From contig JBHGNT010000003.1 of assembly GCA_043228905.1 (NCBI GenBank), positions 14,012,001 to 14,076,000 on the forward strand: a DNA stretch of 64,000 nt, read 5' to 3'. Position 1 is the first letter of the stretch. Each line of letters opens with the position of its first letter. This stretch comes from Azolla caroliniana (lineage: Eukaryota; Plantae; Polypodiophyta). A program made the translations under genes and the position numbers. This document shows positions 54,346 to 64,000 of the stretch, one piece after another. The notes beneath the pieces were generated by a model that did not search any database, had not been told where the DNA came from, and saw nothing but the letters and a program-made list of their open reading frames with translations.

Positions 54346-57300
54346 CGACCTCAGTACGACTTGTCGTAATCACAAAGGTGATTTTCCGCTCTCCAAATAC
54401 CTCGACGATACGCGAGGAGCACGCTCACCACAACAACACTGTGGTCTTTCCCGACCTGTCGTAGCCCCCAGCATGGCCTTTGCCTATCCCCGCATTAACG
54501 GTGAAACCGACGCCGCAACTCATATTGGCATGTTCCTCAATGTCTGGAATGCAAACCACATGGTGCAGAGCCTTTCTGAGGCAGTAGCACACCAGTCGAA
54601 AATGACGGAGTTCGGGTTAACATTGGATGGGCGAGCGGCATTTTGGCATTCCCAAATGGATTTGCCAGCAATCACGACCTTCGATCAGCTGCAGTCCGCC
54701 TTTTTGCGGTTCTTCCATCGGAGGGTTCCACAACGCGAAATCCTCAGACAGTTCTACACAATTAAGCAACTGCCGACCGAGACGATCGCAGACTTTAGCT
54801 TACGTTTCCAAAATTTATGGCGGAAACTAGAACGGAGCCCCGTGGAGGATGAGGCTCGGGAGACATTTCTGGCAGCATTACGCCGACCCATACAGACAAC
54901 GCTCAACAACAATAACGTGAAAGGGGAAACAACGGATATGGTCATTGAATGAGCATTACAACTCGAGTTGGACGAGGAGGAAAGGTTTTCTATGTCCTCA
55001 TTACGACAAGCGTTACCCCAAGACGAGGAACGACAATTTCGTCAAGCAATCAAGTGCACGATTTGCTTGAACTCAGGGCATTCCGCAGTGGAGTGCAACA
55101 TGCAAATCCATGGCCCAATCATCCACTCAAAGGCTCACACAATCGAACACTGCAAATACAATATGCTGAACAGAGCCGCTCCCACAGTACGCAGCATGGA
55201 CACACAACGTCCCCCACGACGTACTGAACAAAGGAGGCAAGAAGACTGACCACGGTATGTGGATCGCAACCCACGTGACAATCGGCACCACCGGAATCGC
55301 CGGACTCACAACGATTTCAAGGAAGACGAGCCAGAGGATGAGGATTACTGTGGTTCCCCGAGTTATGCTAAAGGAGGCCGGCGCTATGAGAATCACCGGC
55401 CGACAAACAAACGTGGCGGCTTCAATGGTTATTGTGGGAAGTAGCGGCAATATCGAGACCACCGGTGATATGACGAAAGCTCGGGCGATGAGCGACACCA
55501 AGAACCACACCGGGACCAACAACAACCACCGCGTACGTTCCGACAATGAGGCCGGACCGTGAGGAGCAAGCCGCACCAGGGGATCGGCACACACCACCAG
55601 GAGCCGAGAAGGGAGAATCGAGCATCCATTGTTTTGTTTGTCAGCAACCCGAACATTATGCCACGCAATGCCCAACCTGCAAGGGCAAGGGACCCGCCGT
55701 CAATACGATTATGACGGAAGTGCAGCAAGTAACGACACGCCAGCAAACAAAAACGGTTGATTGGGCCACGCAAGATGAGATACGACAACAAGCCCAGACA
55801 TGGGTTGAAAAAGCAAACGCGACAAATACAGAGCACATGCGGAAGGAGTCCGCGAATACGATGGAGCAAGTGGAGGACAAAGGACTGGCCCCAGACCCCA
55901 TTTGGCAAGCGTTAGCGGGCTGCGAGATAACGTTAACCATGGAGAAGCTGCTGTAGCTAGTCCCACGCTTCCGCCAGACCATGGAAGAATGGGTGACTGG
56001 CATACCCGAGGTGAGCGTCGCTATGAACCTTACAGACGTTAGCGACGGACCGCCTGTAGTGGATCACCACAACCCGACTATTACATTGATATTACACGAA
56101 CAAGAAACCCCAGGATGCGGAATCAATGGCGGCTCAGGCGTTAATGTGATTAGAGCGAAAACATGCGAGCAGTTAGGCATTTCAGAATGGGAGGCTTGCC
56201 CATTCTAGCTCCGTATGGTAGATACCCGCTCAGTACGATCATTGGGGTTGATACGCAAGATAGGCATTATCGTGGTCGGACATCGCTTCGACATCTCGAC
56301 GGTAATCCTCGCCCTGGACGCCCCAGGGGCATACCGTGTGCTGCTGGGCAGACCGTGGCTTCGGGCAGCAAATATCAAGCAGAGCTGGTAACACAAGTGT
56401 ATCAGTTTCCGACATGGGCGCACTATGGTTCGCGTACCTACAGAGGCAAGTGTGACACAATCCAAGGGCATAACACCATTATATGCAGAAGATATAAATA
56501 TGCTGGCTGGGGTGGAGGATGCAGAATTAGAGGCATACCTAGACGAACACCTTGGATCATTCCACTGTTCAAAATCGACGTCATCGCAACCACGACAGAA
56601 TATGCCAAGGCCACTATTCTCCACGACGAGGCTTATGAACCAAACCCGGAGTCCATATTGGAACTAAGCAGAGCACGGGCAACATTCGAGAGGGAAATGG
56701 AAATTTCACGGCGAGTCTCCGCCTCCGCCCTGGAAGAAGTAAATGTGGGTATGGAGTAAGAAACCCGTTTTCTCTCCATCGTAAAGGAATTAAGGCCGGA
56801 CCAGAGAGACATGATGATCGAACTACTCAAGAAATATAAAGATGTGTTCGCCTAGGCTCACGAAGACATGAAGGGGTTAGATCCGAAGTTCTATCAATAT
56901 AAGATCAATTTAGCAACTGACACAAAACCCGTCCAGCAACGCCGCTACTGCATGAACCCGAACTACGCAACCCGCATAAAAGAAGAAATTGACAAACTCC
57001 TAAAAGCGGGATTCATACGGCCGGTTAAACAAGCCACATGGTTAAGTCCGATAGTAGCTGTTCCAAAGAAAAATGGCAAAATACGTGTATGCATGGATTA
57101 CTGAAAACTAAACGCCGTAACCATTACAAACGCATTCCCTTTACCATTCACCGATAGCGTACTAGACGCCGTCACAGGACATGAGATGTACAGTTTTTTT
57201 GATGGCTTTAGTGGGTATAACCAGGTACGCATGCATCTCGATGACCAAGAGAAGACGACATTTGTCACGGACTGGGGAGTCTATGTGGCAGTCGTCATGA

Positions 57301-59916
57301 TGTTCGGGCTAAAGATGGCGCCGACAACATTTCAACGGACAATTACGGAGATCTTTGGGGAATATATTCCGGCATTCATGCAAGTTTTTTTAGACGACTT
57401 TGCGTTATATGGGAAAACCATCGACCATTTTACGCATCTGCAACTGTGCCTGGAACGTTGCCGCACCACACGCTTAAGCCTGAATCCCGCGAAATGTGCC
57501 TTCGGTGTGACCATCGGGACTCTCCTAGGCCATATAGTCAACAAGGATGGAATAGCGGTCGATCCGAACAAGATCTCCACGATTACGCAAGCCAAAACTC
57601 CGACAAACGCGAAATCACTCAACCGGTTTTTAGGACAAATACGATGGCATAGTCGGATGATACGATACTTGGCGGACTTCGCCACGTCGTTACATGCTGC
57701 CGTGCATCGGGCTCCCTTCCAATGGACCGCAACGGAGGACAAGGCCTATGAGGCGCTTAAGATAATGCTCACACAGGCCCCCGTCGTACAGGCACCAGTT
57801 TGGGCGAAGTCATTCCACGTGTTCGTAGACGCCTCAGACATAGCAATAGGGAGTGCGCTAATGCAGCTCACTGAACCAAATTGGTACCGGCTAGTGTACT
57901 ACGCTAGTCGCAAATTATCAACAGCAGAGCGTAACTATTCCACAACGGAGCGGGAGGTGTTAGGGATGATCTATAGCATCAATAAATTCCGGCATTATTT
58001 ACTAGGGAGGAAATTCACGTTCCACGTGGATCATTCGGCACTGCTGGATTTGGTGGAGAAACAAGCCCTGACGGGGAAATTGGCGTGATGGATGCTACTA
58101 CTTCAAGAATTCAATTATATAATTCCGCACCGCCCGGGGATGCAACACGCAGTGGCAGATTTTTTGAGCAGACTCGATAATGGAGAAACAGTATAGAAGG
58201 ACGACGACGACTTTCCGGACGCTGACATTCTGCGGGTAGCAGCACTAGCAAAAAGAACGGAATCGACCTTTCCGGACCAGTGGCTTATGGAAATGACATA
58301 CTTTTTTACTACGGGGCTGCATCCACCACAATTACGCATGGACGAGAAGAAACAATTAGCCGTCCGAAGCCGTAACTTCTGCCTGGTAGAAGGAATTTTA
58401 TATCACAAAGGAAGTGATGGCATTTGGCGACGCGGGGTATGTTAGGATGAGAAAGAAGCAGTCTTACGAGAGGCTCACTGCGGCACGATAGGTGGCCATT
58501 ACGTAGGCGATGTTACAACTCGGAAAATATGGCAGGCGGGCCTATGGTGGCCGACAACACAAAAGGACGCATACGAGTATTGTTGAAAGTGTGTTTTGTG
58601 TCAACGGATGGGCCAGCCCACGGAGGGCGCAAGGATGCCACACCAACCCGTATTACCATTAGACCCCTTTCAAAAGTGGGGATTGGATTTTGTGGGCCCC
58701 TTCACACCGGCGGCAGACCGTACAGGCAATAAATACATATTCGTAGCCATGGATTATTGTACCAAGTGGGTAGAAGCAAAGGCACTACGAGAAAATACGG
58801 CGTCCGTCATAGCGAGATTCCTTTACGAGCACATCTGGTGTTGATTCAGCTATCTGATTGAGCTTATTAGTGACCAGGGGAGCCACTTTCTCAATACGGT
58901 GGTTCGAGAACTAACACATCATTACGCCGTAGTCCACAAGAAGAGTACGCCTTATTATCCACAGGCGAATGGGTTAGCGGAATCCACCAACAAGACGTTG
59001 CAGACCATCTTAAAGAAAATCTTCAATGAAAAATAGAACGGATTGGGATACCAAATTACAGAGTGCATTATGGGCGTACAGAATCAGCTACAAAACAAGC
59101 ATACAATCAATACCGTTTCGACTAACGTTTGGGCTGGAGGCCGTGATGCCGGTAGAGTTTCAGATAACCAGTTTACGAATTCAGGTACGGGACCAACTAT
59201 CGAAAGCCAAGTTAGAGGAGGTACGACTCCACCAACTACTCCAACTTGGCGAAAAACGTGTACACAACATGGCTGTGTTGGAGCAGGAACAAGGACGACG
59301 TAAAGTGTTTGTGGATCGACATCAGAACGCATGGGAAAAGGATTTCGTGGTCGGTCGAGTGGTGCTGGTTTTCCAAACCTGCATGGGCCATATGTCAGGG
59401 AAGTTACGATTCCGTTAAACATGCCCGTACTGGATAATAGGAGCCGAACAAGGCACGTTCCAACTAGGCATGCTAGCCGGGGAAGTCTTACGACAAAAAG
59501 TGAATGGGTTCCGCCTTAAACCTTACCTGGGCCCTACACCACCTAACCCATTCACCGCCGGACAGGACAAAGCTGGAGACGACCCCACTTGTATCATAAT
59601 GTACAAATAGGCTGTATGTAACCGTTATGAAAAAAGAAAAAAGAAAAGGAAAAGGACAACGACGATATTAAAGAAAAAGGACTGAATGCATGCACAAACT
59701 CCTAGATCAAGAAAACGCGGCACCACGATGGCTCACCGCCCAATGAACCCTAGGCCACAAAAAGAAGAAAATAGAAGATCTTTTGGACAAAACAGAAACC
59801 CACCTTCTAACTCTCAGCGCTCTCATCGCTCCCCTCCCTCACCTTCTCCTCCATCCTCTCACAGAGCTCCAACCCACCGCAACCACTACTCTCCTCCCCA
59901 CGAGCCTACTGTAGCG

Positions 59917-62651
59917 ATGTCGATCTTTATCTCTACCGCCTTACGCCGATGGCTTGTGGAGAAACGCCTGGATGGGTACATCCGGGTCGTAGAGGCACCT
60001 CCACACCCGGATGCGATGGACATCGCCAGAAAACTTAATATCGACACGGTCACCAACTCTTCCATCTGGAAAAAGTTGAACCTGTCATCACTAGGTGAGA
60101 GGCATTTCAAAATCCCTTCTGCAGAGGCGTTGTAGAGATATTTCAGCCCATATTCCTCCTCCACCAAGGCCTATAGAATGAAACAGATCCCCGATCTCTT
60201 CTTCTGTGAAGTCGCCATGTTCCTATTAGAGGTCGGATGTGTACACGTCAACGCATATGGCATGCCCAAGCAGAAGGCGGGTATCATTATTGATACCTTT
60301 GAAGGGCGTGCGGTTGATTGGGGGGTCATCACGGGGCCGACGTTAAGGGAAGGCCTGCATGCGTATCAGGGAGGCAAGAAGCTCAGGCCGATCATACAAT
60401 AGTACCTGACGGTGCTGTTCCCACCCCAAGGCCTACCGGCACCGCAGCCCAGCAGACCCACGCCTCCGCCCCGATCCGTGAAGCACAGGTTAGCGGAGTT
60501 AGTTGCCACAGAGTGGGAAGAGGAACCCCAACCTGCGCAGCCAGACACACGGACAACGCAGGAAGAATAGGCGGTGCGCTCCGCGGAAGCAACCCCAAAG
60601 CCAGACGCCGAAACATAGCAGGATAGCCCCAGACCGAAACAACGAAGGTTGGACAGGAAAGATGGGCGGGGATTAGTCAAGGATGTCCCCATGACGGCAG
60701 AGAAAACGATCGAAGGCGATGGCTCCACAGCTACGGAGCGCTACACCACCTTCAAAATCATCCGGGAGCCACGACCGATCATTACGGCCCAGTCACAACG
60801 AGGGAAAGCCGTATTGACGGCAGAAAGCGAGGTTTTGGCATATCCAGATAACCCGGACATGGCCCATAAGTTCAACGCCCTCTTGCAGTTCTGAACCTCT
60901 TTTCAGCTAATGGAATTCCTAGCAATGCAATGGATAAGGGCCTCACAACGAATGGCCGAGGAGCACGCGGAGCACCAGATGATTGAGCGTGTCCTAACAC
61001 AAATGGCGAAGAGCGACGATGAGGACCGGCTTGCCAGAGTCGACAAACAGAGGAACGCTGGTATACGTCGAGTGGGGATGGAGGTACCCCCATTAAACAC
61101 GGCCCTAGTGGAAGTCCATAGGGAACTGGCAAAGGTCAGCACAGGCGCCAAGGAGATGGCCATTAAAAATAAGAATGTCTGGAAGAAGGTGAAACTGACC
61201 CAAGCCGAGCTGCAAAGAGCCAACAAACGCATCGCGGAGTTGGAAACTAACGCGACTACGGCACAACAAGCAACTCCACCACCAAACCACGCCATCCACG
61301 CCTTGAAGGAAGAGATTGAGGCTCAGACCGCCATTGCCTCAAAAGCAAAAAGGGTCGTACAACTAGTGGAATCAGAAATTGACCGCCTTCGAGCTAAACT
61401 GCGCCAATCCTCAGACAGAGAAAAGGAGATCCGGGCTAACGGCCGGAAGGCAGTAAAAACCCTTGAAGAGAAACTCGCTGCGGAGGCAGCACATCACATC
61501 CGGACAAAAGACGAAAACGCCCAATTACGGGAGGAAGCGAGGAAATCGGAGGCGGCAATCGCGAGACTCCGGACCTTATTGGAGAAAAAGAAGGCATGGT
61601 TCGACGAACAGCTGGTGGCGAACAGGAAAGAAGGCATCAGCTCGAAATCCGCCTAAACAATGAAATGGGGAAATTAGAAGAACTCCATGCAAAGGAATCC
61701 CAGTTGTGGGCGGGCCTAAAGACCACGTACGAAGAAGTGGCGGTGGTTAGTCAGCAAGAAATTGCAAACCTCAAGAAGTCGGTGGAAGAAGCACGCAACC
61801 GTTGCCAGGCCATCATAGACAACGTGCATATCCTTCTACAAACAAATCGGGAGAGATTCATAGAGCAATTGAAAACGGCGCTAGACAAAGGATGGATGGT
61901 GTGGGCAGCCCAAGCAGCGGAATTGCACGCGTATCGTGCGGATTGGGAGAACTGGCGAAAAGACGACCGAGGTTTCTATAAAGTCAATGAGGAGAGCATT
62001 GCGGCAGTATGCGAGGACCTAGCACAAGACTATTGCACGCTAGCGGACCAACATTCCGAAGAACTCATGGAGCTCTTAGATGATTTTGGTGAAAGCCAGG
62101 AGGAGCTATTTCACTAGATCACACAAGCCGGCAACACGCGAACAAACGAGGAATCCATCGCGATGCCAATTTCGGGCACTGCTGAAGAAGAGGAACCTCA
62201 GGCCAGGTCACTAGAAATTACGACGATGGTGAACAACGCAGAATGACGAGCGGAGTCCCCCACATTACCAGACAGCGAAACCGCTGCCCAAGATGAACCC
62301 CACCTACAGGAGCCCACGCTATCAGCTGACCACACGGAGAACATTGCGGACCAAGCGGAACCGCAACCCCACTCCCCGGAGCGTACAACGACGGCCGACA
62401 CCACGAAGGAAGTGACGGTTGAGACAGAGTTGCGACCGACCGCAAGCACGACGACGGTTGAAACCAACCCACTAGCCCAAGAAGAGCCCATCGTACCCGG
62501 ACCACCCACACAGAATGATCGCGACACCAGGAGAAGCCCTCCCGACCAAACAAGGGAACCACACCACGATGCACCTACGGGCCCTACGTCGCCTCTTGAT
62601 GCGGACACCGTAGCAGAGCCAAACATCCGGGCCATATTGGAAGAAGATTAA
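59917..62651 (+). pseudogene. Extra ORF of G: globular N-terminus, Pro-rich linker, long coiled coil, acidic/Pro-Thr tail
   Basis: ORF pieces 59686-60135, 60178-60402, 60649-60894, 60910-61656, 61596-62117, 62412-62651, separated by single stops or frameshifts. Confidence 0.65.
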
Positions 62652-63259
62652 CGGGATGGGTCCGACATGCCAGGGCATTGTCCCACAGGCGTGCTAGGTG
62701 TTGTCCGCCGGAATAGTAACCGACGAACAAGAGCGCATGAATAGGAAATAGTATAAGATTGTAACGCATGTAACGGTTCACGCGGGAAGCGTGAACGGCT
62801 AAAAGACCCTGCATATATAAAGGGCAGAAAACCTCTGATAGAGGTAGCATGTAATTTTGGAATGTAAAGAAGCGTATCGTAATAGAATTCTATCTTCTCT
62901 GATATCTGTGTATAGCTACGGCTAATCTACTGTGTTTGTAATACCTGAGAGTGTAGAAGTAAGCAACGTGAGTGTGTAGCCACTGTTAAGGAGTTCGGTT
63001 GTAGCCGTCTCCCTTATACGTTGCTAGGTTACGGGGAACATTCCCCTACGTATTACGCACAAACGCCACCGTTCGTTGTCTCACAGTCACTTGGAGGTCT
63101 AGGTCGAAGGACTGACCGTAGACCGTGTTCGTAATCGGTAACACATGGGCCAATTTTGGCCTTAAGAAGACGTTAATATATCTTTCTTTCTTTCTTTCTC
63201 TCTCTCTCTCTCTCTCTTAGCCTACTCTTTGTAACCTTGTTTTCTCATAATATAATCTT

Positions 63260-64000
63260 AATGATGTAGCTCAAGGTATGGATCTTATATTTTTGGCTGA
63301 AACATGGGAGCATGAGGGAAAACGTATACCTTAGATAGATGGTTACCTCATAAAATTGATATGGACTCACTCTAAAGGGAATATTGGACGTGCGGGGATA
63401 GCATGTACCTACCATTAGAGCTTAGATAATTCATTCAAAGTATGAAAATATGATGACTATAAGAGATACATATGGATAGAGCTTAATTTGGGGAAAGAGA
63501 AGGTGTATATAGTTGCATATTACATTCCTCACAAAGACTCAAACTACTATAGTAGGTTTGGGTTACATTATGACGATCCTTTTACAGAATTATGCCATGA
63601 TATACTTTCATTTGAGAAGCTTGGTAAAGTTTTATTTAAGGGAGACTTCAATGCAAGAGTTGGAAATTTCCAAAATGTAGAGACATTTGAAGAAAATGTA
63701 CTAGAACATTGTCTATTGCGTGACTCAGAGGATTGTGTCATGTCTGATTATGGAAAACTTTTGATGCATGTGTTAAATTGCACAAACTTTATTATCTTAA
63801 ATGGTATAAAGGCATTCCCATCAACAAATGTGCTTACATGTTTACCATCCTCGGGTGGAGGAAGTGTGGTTGATTACGCATTAATGTTGGCATGTGATCT
63901 ATCATTGGTGAATGTGTTTAAAGTTAGTTCTCTATCTCCAGACTCAGACCACAAGCCATTGTACTTAGAGCTTGCAATTCCACATTTCACCAATAGATGC
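63260..64000 (+). mobile_element. LINE apurinic-type endonuclease region, decayed, running off the window
   Basis: LAETW, YIP, GDFNAR, N.IILNG, SVVDY, SDHKPL. Confidence 0.85.

Larger units (their letters stand above)
53850..63143 (+). mobile_element. Non-chromovirus Gypsy element G (5' LTR missing) with a large extra 3' ORF
   Basis: gag 54473-55700 (LDGRAAFW, two Zn knuckles), protease INGGSGVN ~56120, RT (DGFSGYNQV, FLDDF), RNase H (VDASDIAIG), integrase (WGLDFVGPF, SDQG, PQANG) to ~59550. Extra ORF ~59917-62651. Putative LTR ~62679-63143 with TATATAA. Confidence 0.88.

Overview
Eukaryotic nuclear DNA from a land plant, probably a fern or other seed-free plant (inferred from the PPR style and TE families). 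Roughly 85% of the window is decayed, nested transposons. Host genes are a 5'-truncated PLS-E-DYW PPR RNA-editing factor (1-1989) and a ~6-exon gene of unknown function, possibly a pseudogene (28332-30626). From ~3.7 to 27.1 kb lies a four-level retrotransposon nest that can be resolved from target-site duplications (TSDs). Gypsy A contains chromovirus Gypsy B. B contains a gag-only element with a tRNA-Trp primer site, a Copia and a hAT MITE. The Copia contains another MITE and a solo LTR. Further right are LINE fragments, a Copia with an ~870-bp inverted duplication, a ~10-kb Sola2-like DNA transposon, and a non-chromovirus Gypsy with a large extra 3' ORF. The Sola2-like element carries RING and FCP1-like cargo genes and palindromic satellites inside its introns. 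The three most unusual signals are: (1) tRNA-spaced Pol III A/B-box modules recurring antisense in U3 of three unrelated LTRs and in a MITE; (2) the Sola2-like cargo transposon with intronic TAGCTAATTAGCTA arrays; (3) TGTCG...CGACA LTR elements with 4-bp TSDs centred on CpG.
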